Virus record (IMG/VR): IMGVR_UViG_3300047323_000545
From: a virus
DNA length: 64,000 nt
Strand: one strand, 5' to 3'
Under the pieces are notes generated by a model that did no database searches, was not told the origin of the DNA, and saw only the letters and a list, made by a program, of their open reading frames with translations. The position numbers were made by a program, and so were the translations under genes. Shown piece by piece: positions 54,956-64,000 of the stretch. Numbering within the stretch: position 1 is the stretch's first letter; each line of letters starts with the position of its first letter.

Positions 54956-56509
54956 CTACGCCACCAGGTAGCTCCGGCGCCGCTGTACGGCCCCCACGTG
55001 GCCTTCCGCGCCGGTGTCGCCCAGGAACCGGTCGGCCATCTCGTTGCGAGCCAGCATGGACTCCACGATCCCCTCCTCCACGGTGCCCTGCAGGACGAAC
55101 GTGGTGCAGGTGATCGAGGCCGCCTGCGAGGTGATCCGGTCGATCCGGCCGAGGCGCTGGGTGCGGGTCTCGTAGGTCAGCGCCGACTCGTACTCGACCA
55201 GGTAGGTGGCCTCGGGAAGGTTGATGCCGTCCTTGCCCGCGTCGCTGGTCAGGAAGACGCAGGGCTCGGGGTCGGCACGGAAGCCGGTGCGGGCCTGCTC
55301 GCGGTCGGCACCGGCCATGGAGCCGGTGTAGAGGTAGCTGCGGATGCCCTCCTTGCGCAGGGCCTCGGCGAGCAGCGGCAGGGCGGACGGCCCGAACTGG
55401 GAGAAGACCACGGCCTTGTCGCCCTGCCCGTGGACAATGGATGACAGGTACTCGACAAGCTCCTCGGTCTTCCTCGACGGCAGCGACCGCAGGTACTCCA
55501 CCCCATACGCCCGGACCAGCTCCATGGCCAGCTGAGACGTTCCGGCGGCGGCCGAGTGGGCGAGGGCCATCGGGTGCGCGGCGATCTGTCTCAGGGCCGC
55601 GTGCAGGCCGGGGACGGGCTGCTGGGGGTCGACCTGCAGGGACGCCACCTCGTCGTAGAGCCGCCCCTGCTCCCGGCCCATCTGCAGCGTGCGGAACTCC
55701 TCGATCCGCCGGGGGAACAGGTCGCGGACGTCCGGGTCCGTCTTGCGCTTGCGCCAGATGTGCGGCCGGGCCAGGGCGACGAACTGCTCGACGCCGTCGT
55801 CGGAGTAGCGCGGGCGGCCGTAGTCGTCCCGGCTCTTGATCACCGCGTCCTCGAACACCTTCACCGTCGGCATGGCGGCTGGGACGAGGAGCCGGAGCAG
55901 GTTGAAGCCGTCCTCGTAGGACCGGCTGATCGGAGTGGCCGTCAGGCCGACGACGCGCAGGTCCTTCTGGCACCGGCGCAGCTGGGTGAGGGCGTAGCCG
56001 TGGGCCTTGTAGAGCTGGCTGGAGCGGTTGCGCAGCTTGTCGGACATCTCGTCGTAGACCACGAGGACGCGGCGGCCGTCGGCCTGGGCGGCCAGCAGGG
56101 CCTGCAGGACGGGCCCCGGCTCGGGGACCCGGGTCCGCTTCCCCTGGGGAATGGAGAAGCGCGCCAGGTCGGCGCGGAGCGTCTCGTAGGTGCTGATCAC
56201 GACGCGGGGCAGGCCGCGCTGCAGCGCCTTCATCCGGCCGGGGCCGTGGTGGACGGCGGCCGTCAGCGTGGTGAAGGCGCCGAAATCCTCGTGCCACTCG
56301 GTGAGCTTGTTCTGCTTGCACACGAGCAGGACGAGGTCCTCGGCGCCGTCCTGCTTGAGGAGCGCGGCGAGCGCCATGGCGATGACGGACTTGCCGATGC
56401 CGGTGTCGGCCACGAGCAGGCCGGAGCGCCGGGCGTAGGCGAACGCGGTGCCTTCTTGCTGGCACGGGTAGAGGCCGTGCGGGCTGTGGAAGACGGGCGG
56501 GGCGTCCAT
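54956..56509 (-). CDS. SNF2-family helicase
   Basis: DTGIGKS, VYDE, LTATP, VVFSQF, DGINL, QRLGRIDR. Confidence 0.9.
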   Translation of the reverse strand: MDAPPVFHSPHGLYPCQQEGTAFAYARRSGLLVADTGIGKSVIAMALAALLKQDGAEDLVLLVCKQNKLTEWHEDFGAFTTLTAAVHHGPGRMKALQRGLPRVVISTYETLRADLARFSIPQGKRTRVPEPGPVLQALLAAQADGRRVLVVYDEMSDKLRNRSSQLYKAHGYALTQLRRCQKDLRVVGLTATPISRSYEDGFNLLRLLVPAAMPTVKVFEDAVIKSRDDYGRPRYSDDGVEQFVALARPHIWRKRKTDPDVRDLFPRRIEEFRTLQMGREQGRLYDEVASLQVDPQQPVPGLHAALRQIAAHPMALAHSAAAGTSQLAMELVRAYGVEYLRSLPSRKTEELVEYLSSIVHGQGDKAVVFSQFGPSALPLLAEALRKEGIRSYLYTGSMAGADREQARTGFRADPEPCVFLTSDAGKDGINLPEATYLVEYESALTYETRTQRLGRIDRITSQAASITCTTFVLQGTVEEGIVESMLARNEMADRFLGDTGAEGHVGAVQRRRSYLVA

Positions 56510-56609
56510 GCAGGTCACGGTAGGTGCCAGGGGGCTAGAGATGGATTTGGAGATTTATTTATCTGGTGATGCGTCGAGAAAAACGCAAATCCATTTTTCC
56601 GTTGACGAG

Positions 56610-57527
56610 TTACTTGATCCGGTCGAGTCGGAGCCAGCTGCCCGATCCGAGAGTGGCGGTCTGAGCGGCGGTGCCGCTGGCGAAGGTGACCACGAGGTTC
56701 CCGGCGGTGGCGGCGGTGATCAGCGTTCCGTGCAGGGAGACCGCCTTGTTCGCGCCGGAGCCGGACCAGCTGTCGGTGGCGGTGATGGAGGCGACGTAGG
56801 TGGCCGTGTTGTCGCCCCAGACCATGGTGGCGCCGGACGGGCCGGTGAAGGAGTGGACGAAGCTCACGCCGGACGGAGACTGGACGACCAGGAACGCGGT
56901 CATCTGGTACGTGGCCCCGGCTTCCACGGGGATCGTGAGCGAGGCCGACGCCTGCTGCGTGACGGTGCTGTTCGTCTCGGCCGCCGCAGAGAGAGCGCGC
57001 GCGGGCACCAGGCCGCGCACGTTGCCGGAGATGTCCCGCATCCGGATCGGCACGCCCGCTGCCGATTGGCTGTAGATCACCGATCCGCCGGAGGGATTGG
57101 TGGTGGGGACGGTCGTGGCGTCGGCCAGCTGGATCTCGCCGACGCCGTTGTCCCCGAGCGTCGAGGCGGTGCCGACACGGACCGACTGGGAGAAGGCGGG
57201 CGTGCCCGAGAACGTCGGGTTCCCGGAGAAGGTGCCCGACATGGTGCCGCCGCTCGCAGGCAGGGCCCCCGTGATGCGGGAGTCGTTGCCCGCTGCGTAG
57301 GTACCGGCGGCGGTACCGGCGACCGGTATCTGGCCGAACGCGGCAGCGTCGTTCGCCGCAGTCCCGTTGGCCAGGTTGGTGATCTTCTGGCCGTTCAGGG
57401 CGACGGGAGCGGTAGGGGCGACCAGCTGGTCCAGCCGCTTGCTGGTGATCTGAGTCTGCAGATCGGTGAGCGCTGCGTTGAGCGGCACGTCCCAGTTGAG
57501 GGTGCCGGTGGCGACGGTGTTAACCAT
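56610..57527 (-). CDS. Tail fibre/virion structural protein
   Basis: WDVPLNAAL N-terminus, KITNLANGTAANDAA repeat, GSWL C-terminal knob. Confidence 0.7.
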   Translation of the reverse strand: MVNTVATGTLNWDVPLNAALTDLQTQITSKRLDQLVAPTAPVALNGQKITNLANGTAANDAAAFGQIPVAGTAAGTYAAGNDSRITGALPASGGTMSGTFSGNPTFSGTPAFSQSVRVGTASTLGDNGVGEIQLADATTVPTTNPSGGSVIYSQSAAGVPIRMRDISGNVRGLVPARALSAAAETNSTVTQQASASLTIPVEAGATYQMTAFLVVQSPSGVSFVHSFTGPSGATMVWGDNTATYVASITATDSWSGSGANKAVSLHGTLITAATAGNLVVTFASGTAAQTATLGSGSWLRLDRIK

Positions 57528-59119
57528 TACTGGCCTCCAAACTTGCCTGAGCCGTAGGCGCCGCTGCCGAAGCCGGTCAGGGGGTCGTTCCGCGAGCGGA
57601 CGAGGACTCGTCCGAGCTGTGGCGTGAAGACAGCCGAGTTGACCTGCAGGGTCAGGCGCAGGTACTTCGTCCCGCTCGGCAGCGGGCGTGCGTTGGCCAG
57701 CCAGGTTTGGTACCAGGAGGCCGTGGTCGCGGTCATCGTTTGCCAGGCCAGCGGGATGGTGGTCCAGGTCGCGTTGTCCGGTGAGACCTGGGCGACGACC
57801 TCGGTGGCGAGGGTGGCCGGGTCCGGTCCGCTCAGCTGCCAGGAGAAGACGTGGGCGCGGAAGTCGCGGATGCCGGTCCTCTGCTGGTAGGTGACCCAGC
57901 CCGTTCCGGCGCCGTTCCGCTTGGCCCGGTTGAGGTCGCCCGCCTTCGAGCCGTCGGAGTCGCCGGTCTCCAGGACCAGGTTGGGGTCGTGGGCGTACGA
58001 CTTCGTCCAGTCGGCCAGCTCGTCGTCGATCGCGCCGTCGGTGAGGTACACGAGCCCCAGCTGATCGAGGGCGGACAGCAGGGACAGCAGCGCTGTCCGG
58101 CCTGGCGTGGACGTGATGACGCCGCTGCTGCTCACCAGGGGCTGGGTGCTTCCGGCCGCACCGAACACGCCGATGGGGCTGGCGGGGCCGCCGAGGACCG
58201 CGTCCTGGCGGGCGGCGAAGAACCGGGACATCACCGCATTGCCCAGGACGGCGACGCTCCAGTTCAGCCAGCTCAGGTCAGGCAGCGTGCCCTGGCCGAC
58301 GATGACTTTGCCGTCGGAGGTGATCTGGGCGCTGGAGCCGACGGTGATGGTGTTGGCGGCCGGTGCCGTCACACCAGAGCCGACCACCACGGCACCGTCC
58401 GGTGCAGCGGCTGGCGAGGCGGCACGGCCGAGGGCTACCTGGTTCGGCTGGCCGGTGTTGGTGGCGGCGCCGAGGGCGACGCTGGAGTCGGTGGCATTGG
58501 CCGTGGCACCGGCAGCGACCGCGTTGGGCCCAGCGGTCGCCCGGCCGAGGATGACCGCGCCATCGCCGCCCGGGTGGGCATCGGACCCGATGACCGCCGT
58601 GTCCTTGCCCTGCGCACCGGTGGGCGTATGGCCGAACCAGGTCTGGCCCGGGTAGATGTCGGTGAGGTCGGGGCTGCCCAGCACCGTGGAATGGGGCGCG
58701 TCGCCCTCGTGCTCGTGGAAGCGCAGGACGTCCAGCACCTGCCAGACGGCCGAGCCGTCCGGGGAGACGGCCAGCATGGCCTCGCTGGACAGGTTGTCGG
58801 CCGAGCCGATGTGTACCGGCTCATCGCTGCGGACGGTGGCGGCCGGGGCCGGGACGATGTCGACGCCGGAGCGGGTGAAGGTCGCGCCGCCGGGCAGCAG
58901 CGCCTGCACGGTCACCCGCAGCGGGTTGTCCGTCCACAAGTTGATGACGGCCGAGTCGACCAGGATGGGCCACTCCTGGGGAGCGCCGCCGTACGGGTCC
59001 AGGTACACCGGCTCGTCGATCGGATTGCCGGTGTCCAGGTCGAGCAGCGTCACCTCGGCGTACGGGTACGGCGCGCCGGAGGAGTCGACCAGCGGCAGGT
59101 ACAGGTGGCAGCGGTCCAC
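57527..59119 (-). CDS. Tail-fibre-like protein with YadA-head-like repeats and a C-terminal beta-sandwich
   Basis: AVIG/VALG 14-residue repeats; N-domain shared with 60459 and 62129. Confidence 0.7.
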   Translation of the reverse strand: MDRCHLYLPLVDSSGAPYPYAEVTLLDLDTGNPIDEPVYLDPYGGAPQEWPILVDSAVINLWTDNPLRVTVQALLPGGATFTRSGVDIVPAPAATVRSDEPVHIGSADNLSSEAMLAVSPDGSAVWQVLDVLRFHEHEGDAPHSTVLGSPDLTDIYPGQTWFGHTPTGAQGKDTAVIGSDAHPGGDGAVILGRATAGPNAVAAGATANATDSSVALGAATNTGQPNQVALGRAASPAAAPDGAVVVGSGVTAPAANTITVGSSAQITSDGKVIVGQGTLPDLSWLNWSVAVLGNAVMSRFFAARQDAVLGGPASPIGVFGAAGSTQPLVSSSGVITSTPGRTALLSLLSALDQLGLVYLTDGAIDDELADWTKSYAHDPNLVLETGDSDGSKAGDLNRAKRNGAGTGWVTYQQRTGIRDFRAHVFSWQLSGPDPATLATEVVAQVSPDNATWTTIPLAWQTMTATTASWYQTWLANARPLPSGTKYLRLTLQVNSAVFTPQLGRVLVRSRNDPLTGFGSGAYGSGKFGGQ

Positions 59120-59128
59120 GAAGGCTCC

Positions 59129-60451
59129 TCAGGAAGTCGGCATGGTGGGGTCGGACACCAGCGGCTGGAAGTGGATGTAGCGCCACTGCGAGGTGCCGGT
59201 GGACGGGCTGCGGAAGCCGACGCCCTTGCCGCCTGCCAGCGTGGTGACCAGGAGGAAGGTCTGGGAGACGCCGTTGACGTACACCCGGATCTGGCCGGGC
59301 CAGTTCCTCACCGCGACGTGGTCACCGGCCACGATCGGCGTGGTGAAGGTGAAGAACTTCGACAGGGTGCCGTTGATGCACGAGTACAGGCCGGTCGAGG
59401 TCATCTGGTAGTAGTTGTTTGCATCTACCTTTCGCCACACCAGGCCGCCCTCGGCCGTCGCGGTGCCCCAGCGGGTCGTCAGCACCCCGTACTGCCAGTC
59501 CACGTTGAACGAAGCCGTCGCGTTGGCGGCGAGCAGCACGCCGTCCTTGCTGGCCGTGGCGACGCCGTTGACGTTCCATGCTTCGCCGGACGCCGTCACC
59601 GTCAGTCCGTTGCTGTTTGACGGCGGGGGCTGCACGGCGGTGGGGCCCATGTCGTAGTAGAAAAAATCTCCGCTGGCGGGCTGCAGCGCGTCCCACTGGT
59701 ACAGCGCGGTGTCGGTGCCCCGGTAGTCGGCGCCCATGAAGCTGCCGGAGGCCGACATGTCGGAGAACACGGCGGTGTTGGTGGTGCCGTCGGCGTTGCG
59801 CTTGTAGGCGCGCGGCGCGCGGAACGGGAAGCCGATGCAGTTGTCGATCAGGCAGAAGACGTTCTGGCCGAAGGTGGACAGCGTGTACGAGTGGGGGTTG
59901 CCGTCCCACGGCTTGATCGCGGTGGGCAGCGTGATCGCGGCCGAGTCGGCCTTCTCGGCGTCCCATGGACCGACCGCGTTGCCGGAGCCCGGGATGGTCT
60001 GGCGGACGCCGATGGAGTTGTTGCCCTGGGTCAGCGCCACGTACGTACGAGCAGCGCTGGTGCTCTGCCAGATGGTGCCCGGGTGGCGGACCGCGAAGGC
60101 GAAGTCACGCGGCCCCCAGGTGTAGTCGGGGGCCCGGGTGCCGTCCGGGCTGGCCGTGAGGGTGCCGGTGCTCTGCGGGATGACGGAGATGCTGGCCGAG
60201 CCCCGTACGCCGCCGGTGTCCCGCAGGACTCCGTATCCGTCCGGGCTGCCCTTGAACCCGGCGAACCGCGCGAAGCGGTACTGGTCGATGAACCACAGGG
60301 GCGCGGAGACTTCCTCGCCGAGCATCTGCGAGTACGTGTAGGGCACGAGGGAGTAGTCCGGCAGCCCGAGGGTGCCGTCGCCCTTGTCGTCGCGGAGGAA
60401 GCCGTCGATGGTCCCGGCGGCGACCTGGCCGGTTACGGAGTTGGCTGCCAT
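59129..60451 (-). CDS. Virion structural protein, beta-rich (possible lectin folds)
   Basis: Gly/Thr/aromatic-rich; lies in the tail operon. Confidence 0.6.
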   Translation of the reverse strand: MAANSVTGQVAAGTIDGFLRDDKGDGTLGLPDYSLVPYTYSQMLGEEVSAPLWFIDQYRFARFAGFKGSPDGYGVLRDTGGVRGSASISVIPQSTGTLTASPDGTRAPDYTWGPRDFAFAVRHPGTIWQSTSAARTYVALTQGNNSIGVRQTIPGSGNAVGPWDAEKADSAAITLPTAIKPWDGNPHSYTLSTFGQNVFCLIDNCIGFPFRAPRAYKRNADGTTNTAVFSDMSASGSFMGADYRGTDTALYQWDALQPASGDFFYYDMGPTAVQPPPSNSNGLTVTASGEAWNVNGVATASKDGVLLAANATASFNVDWQYGVLTTRWGTATAEGGLVWRKVDANNYYQMTSTGLYSCINGTLSKFFTFTTPIVAGDHVAVRNWPGQIRVYVNGVSQTFLLVTTLAGGKGVGFRSPSTGTSQWRYIHFQPLVSDPTMPTS

Positions 60452-60458
60452 GTCTCCC

Positions 60459-62072
60459 TCAGGGCGTGGTGTTGTTGGTCAGCAGGCCCAGTCCGGCCAG
60501 CGCGGAGATCAGGTTGCGCAGCGCGAGGTTGCCGCCGTCGGAGCCGGTCACGGTCGGCTTGACGGTGCCCTCCGCGCCGAAGAAGCCCAGCCGACTGGTG
60601 GCGTCCGTGCCGATGTTGACCGTCGTGAGGGCGTACAGCTTGTTCACGATGACGACTGCGTTGAACGGGTAGTCGGGGTTGCCGAACGTGGTCTGCTGGG
60701 CCGCGCTGGTCTTGGAGGCGTCGCCGATGGCCGAGGAGCCGTTGTGGGTGGCGGCCACGACGGTGTTGGCGCCCAGGGCCAGCGCGGCGGGAGCCAGGGC
60801 CTGGGCGTTCTTGCCGATCGCCACGGCGTTGGTGGCGCCGGGGCCGACGTAGGCGGTGGTACCGATGGCGCTACCGGCGGAGCCGTACGCCTTGGCCTGG
60901 CGGCCGATCGCCGTGCCGTCGGTGGAGTCGACGTAAGCGTCCGCGCCGACGGCCGTCCAGCCAGTGCTGGCCAGCGACCCGGTGGCGCGCGCGCCCACGG
61001 CGACCGCGTTCTGAGAGACCGCCTTGGCAGTGGGGCCCACCGCAACGGTGTCTACGGCCGTGGCGTTCGAGCCATTACCAAAGGCCGTGGCGTTGGCGTA
61101 CCACGCCTGTGCCCAGGTGCCGACGGCGATGGAGTTCAGGCCTGAGGAGGTCGCGTTCGCACCCAGTGCTATCGACCCGGTGCCGGACCCGGAGTGGGTG
61201 TGCGCGGGGACCGTGCCGCCGTACATGATCTGCAGGCCGGTCATCCATGCCTCATGGCCGGTGCCCGCGACGAAGGTGGCCGCGCCCTTGAACTCGACGG
61301 AGACGGACTGGTAGGTGCCAGCGGCCAGCGGGTAGCGGTAGAAGCCCCACGGCCGGGTCTGGGTGATCGTCTCCAGCACGGTCTTCGTGCCGCCCTGCGT
61401 GGTGGCCGCGATGATGACGCTTTCACCGGTGGCCAGGCTCGGCCGTACCCACAGCGAGACGAAGCCCGCCTCGGCGAGGGTGAAGCCCGGCGCGAGGGCG
61501 ACGAGGTCGGCCGCGTTGCCGGTGTGCCTGGCGTGCAGGGACCGGGTGAGACCCCAGTCGGTGGGCGCCTCGGCCGGGTAGTCGCGGGTGCTGGTCGCGG
61601 CCTGCGTGAACGACCAGCCTGCCGGGTCACGGGCGAGTGCGAAGTCCTCGTGGATGACGGTGACCCTCGGCGTGACGCCGGAGTTGGCCGGGACCGGCCC
61701 CCACACGGCCTGGCCCGGGGTGTCACCGGCCAGCAGCACGTTGCCGGGCACCTGCTCGCCGACGATGAGCAGCGGGCTGTCGGTGCGGGCGGTTTCCTCC
61801 GGCGGCGGCGGCCCGTCGAGGTAGACCAGGATGTCGGAGAAGCCGTCCTTCTGGACCAGGACCGACACACGCTGCGGCTCGTCCATCCAGAAGTCGATCA
61901 CGCCGTTGGCGGTGACGAACGGATTCGTCAGCTGATCGTTGCCGGTGGGCCCCGCGTACAGCGGCTGGGCCACCTTCACCGACTGCCCGGACTCACGCAC
62001 GGTGACCTGCGCGCCGTACAGCAGGTCGCCTGTCTCGCCGGTGATCGGCCGCATCACGTGTGCTCGCGCCAC
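60459..62072 (-). CDS. Tail-fibre-like protein with about 11 YadA-head-like repeats
   Basis: SIALG/AVAVG/TAIG repeats; C-terminal GFFG...LISALAGLGL. Confidence 0.75.
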   Translation of the reverse strand: MARAHVMRPITGETGDLLYGAQVTVRESGQSVKVAQPLYAGPTGNDQLTNPFVTANGVIDFWMDEPQRVSVLVQKDGFSDILVYLDGPPPPEETARTDSPLLIVGEQVPGNVLLAGDTPGQAVWGPVPANSGVTPRVTVIHEDFALARDPAGWSFTQAATSTRDYPAEAPTDWGLTRSLHARHTGNAADLVALAPGFTLAEAGFVSLWVRPSLATGESVIIAATTQGGTKTVLETITQTRPWGFYRYPLAAGTYQSVSVEFKGAATFVAGTGHEAWMTGLQIMYGGTVPAHTHSGSGTGSIALGANATSSGLNSIAVGTWAQAWYANATAFGNGSNATAVDTVAVGPTAKAVSQNAVAVGARATGSLASTGWTAVGADAYVDSTDGTAIGRQAKAYGSAGSAIGTTAYVGPGATNAVAIGKNAQALAPAALALGANTVVAATHNGSSAIGDASKTSAAQQTTFGNPDYPFNAVVIVNKLYALTTVNIGTDATSRLGFFGAEGTVKPTVTGSDGGNLALRNLISALAGLGLLTNNTTP

Positions 62073-62128
62073 TTCGCCTCCCTCGTCACCCCTTCGGTCA
62101 CCAGGGAGGCGTGGCACAGCAACCGGCG

Positions 62129-62950
62129 TCAGCCTCCGCCGGGGTCACCCGGCAGCGGGTCCCCGCCATCGCCCGAGCTTTCACCCGTGCCCTCGTCCGG
62201 CTCCGGCGGCGGCACGTAGGTCGGCAGCTTCTGGGTGTACAGCAGCCCCTCGTTCGTGACGCCGAGCATGAAGGTGCTGCCGTTGGGGCTCTGCAGCGCG
62301 ATCCCGCCAGGGAAGAAGGCGGTGTCGGCCGCCGTACCGATGACGACCTGGTGGGGCCGGTCGGTCTGGGCGCCCGCTCCGATCGCGACAGAGCGGTTGA
62401 ACATCGCCCGCGCCGCGTCGCCGAGGGCCGTGGACTGGGAGCCCTGAGCCAGCGCCGACTGCCCGACGGCCACGGCCCCGGGCGCCGTGGCGTCCGACTG
62501 GGAGCCTGCGGCCAGGGCGCCGATGTCGGAGGCCGTCGCCTGCTCGCCCAGGGCCACGGTGGAGTCGGCGATGGCCTGGGTGCCCTGGCCGAGGGCGGTG
62601 GCGTGCACGCCGGTGGCGCTCGCGCCGACACCGATCTGGAGGGACTGGGCTCCGGAGCCGGGGTGGGTGGAGTCGGAGTTGACGGCGGTCACATCGACGT
62701 TGTCCCAGAACTCCTCCGGGTCCGCACCGACCTGGACGCCGATGCGCACGCGGTCCGGGGCGTCGAGGTAGAAGTCCACCTCGCCGGTCGTGACCGTCCA
62801 CGGGTTGGTGTAGGTCGTGCCGCCGGTGGCCTGGGCGTAGATGGTCTGGCCGTAGAAGGTCGTGGTGCCGGGGACCAGGAGCCGCACCGTGGCGGTGGGC
62901 ACCTGGTTGCCCTGCAGATCGAGCAGGGCGCGGTTGAAGTGCGCGCGCAC
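62129..62950 (-). CDS. Tail-fibre-like protein with YadA-head-like repeats
   Basis: ATALG/TVALG/SVAIG repeats; shared N-domain. Confidence 0.75.
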   Translation of the reverse strand: MRAHFNRALLDLQGNQVPTATVRLLVPGTTTFYGQTIYAQATGGTTYTNPWTVTTGEVDFYLDAPDRVRIGVQVGADPEEFWDNVDVTAVNSDSTHPGSGAQSLQIGVGASATGVHATALGQGTQAIADSTVALGEQATASDIGALAAGSQSDATAPGAVAVGQSALAQGSQSTALGDAARAMFNRSVAIGAGAQTDRPHQVVIGTAADTAFFPGGIALQSPNGSTFMLGVTNEGLLYTQKLPTYVPPPEPDEGTGESSGDGGDPLPGDPGGG

Positions 62951-62959
62951 GTCGGCTCC

Positions 62960-64000
62960 TTAGCGGTTGAGGACGAAGGCGTCGGTGAGGATGTGGCGAG
63001 CCAGCGCGGGCGGAGCGCCCTCGTTGGTGCCCTCGGCCACCGCGTCGGGCAGGGTGATCGTGGGCAGCGGGTCGGTCTTCGGGGCGTTCTGCTGCATCCA
63101 CTGGCGGAACGCGAGCCACCAGTCCTCGGGGATGGGGCTGGTCCAGCCCTGGAACAGCGGGTCGGAGTCCACCGGCGGGTAGTAGTCGGCCAGGGAGCTG
63201 GCGGCCCCGGCGGCCTGCAGGGTGTCCTGGTAGGGCACCGCGCCGCTCAGCGTGGCGTACCAGGGCCGCAGGATGACCGAGGACAGCGACAGGTTGGAGG
63301 CGTAGCCGGTGGCCCTCCAGCGCAGCTGCGTGCCGCCGGAGCGGTCGGTGTTGGGCAGGTCCGGGAACTGGAAGACGCCGCGCGGGTTGTTCTTGATGTC
63401 GATCATCTCGTACCAGTTCACGCCGCCGTCGCGGGAGATCTCCCAGATGATCGGGTCGTTGAAGACCGCCAGCGAGTCGACGTGCCACACGCCGGTGCCC
63501 GCGCTGCCCTCCTGGATGACCCGGACGCGGACGTCGTGGACGTCGTCCACGTCCCAGTCCTGGGCGACGTCGCCCCACATGCCGAGGGTCTCCATCTCCG
63601 ACCACTTGCGGGTGCCATGGACCGACACGGCGTCCCAGGTGAGCGGGTTGGGCGGGCTGGTGTCGACGGTGGCACCCACGTACCACTCGCCGATCTGCGC
63701 CGAGTCGAAGCTGTGCGAGGCCGACGCGATGATCCGGCCGTCGCCGTTGACCAGCTGCAGCAGTAGCGGCGCGGCCAGCGGGCCGTCGGTGTAGACGCGT
63801 GCCGCCGCATACAGACGGCCGCGCGGCGCCGGGGTCACCGGCCGCAGCGACTCGATGCCGCCGAAGTCGGCCTCAGAGGTGGCGTTCTCGATCTCCCACC
63901 ACAGCGGCCGGTTCGGCAGCGGGTCGGAGTCCTCGATGTCACCCCAGGTCGCGAAGCGGGACTCCAGCGAGCCCCAGGAGGACGCCGAGTGGCCGCGAGC
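62960..64000 (-). CDS. Large virion/tail protein, 5' end outside the window
   Basis: Frame is open to the window edge; WEISRDGGVNW motif. Confidence 0.65.
   Translation of the reverse strand, partial: ARGHSASSWGSLESRFATWGDIEDSDPLPNRPLWWEIENATSEADFGGIESLRPVTPAPRGRLYAAARVYTDGPLAAPLLLQLVNGDGRIIASASHSFDSAQIGEWYVGATVDTSPPNPLTWDAVSVHGTRKWSEMETLGMWGDVAQDWDVDDVHDVRVRVIQEGSAGTGVWHVDSLAVFNDPIIWEISRDGGVNWYEMIDIKNNPRGVFQFPDLPNTDRSGGTQLRWRATGYASNLSLSSVILRPWYATLSGAVPYQDTLQAAGAASSLADYYPPVDSDPLFQGWTSPIPEDWWLAFRQWMQQNAPKTDPLPTITLPDAVAEGTNEGAPPALARHILTDAFVLNR

Overview
High-GC actinomycete (Streptomyces-like) DNA that reads as part of a large temperate phage or phage-plasmid. From left to right: (1) an accessory region at 1-17.8 kb with DUF262, an HATPase/XRE-DUF5753/DUF397 triad, a LexA-box-preceded operon containing a Cre-like tyrosine recombinase and endonuclease VII, an orphan DUF397 with a JmjC oxygenase, a degenerate recombinase and DUF2637; (2) two large multi-domain 'polyvalent' effector proteins and a terminase large subunit at 17.8-25.4 kb; (3) a minus-strand replication/recombination block at 26-52 kb (RuvC, Cas4-like nuclease, RecA, DnaE, SSB, primase, WhiB, DnaB, DnaC-like loader, 5'-3' exonuclease, DinG); (4) a plasmid-type Rep with a duplicated origin-like element at 53-55 kb; (5) an SNF2 helicase and tail-fibre genes with YadA-like repeats at 55-64 kb. 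The most unusual observations are an antitoxin-like ORF with its own RBS nested out of frame inside a RelE-RelE-ART-2H polyprotein, a ~150-nt five-way-junction RNA candidate after terL, a ~600-nt densely structured region between dinG and rep, and promoters with 19-bp dyad spacers. All product calls come from motif recognition by eye; no searches or folding programs were run. I saw no tRNA, rRNA or CRISPR array.
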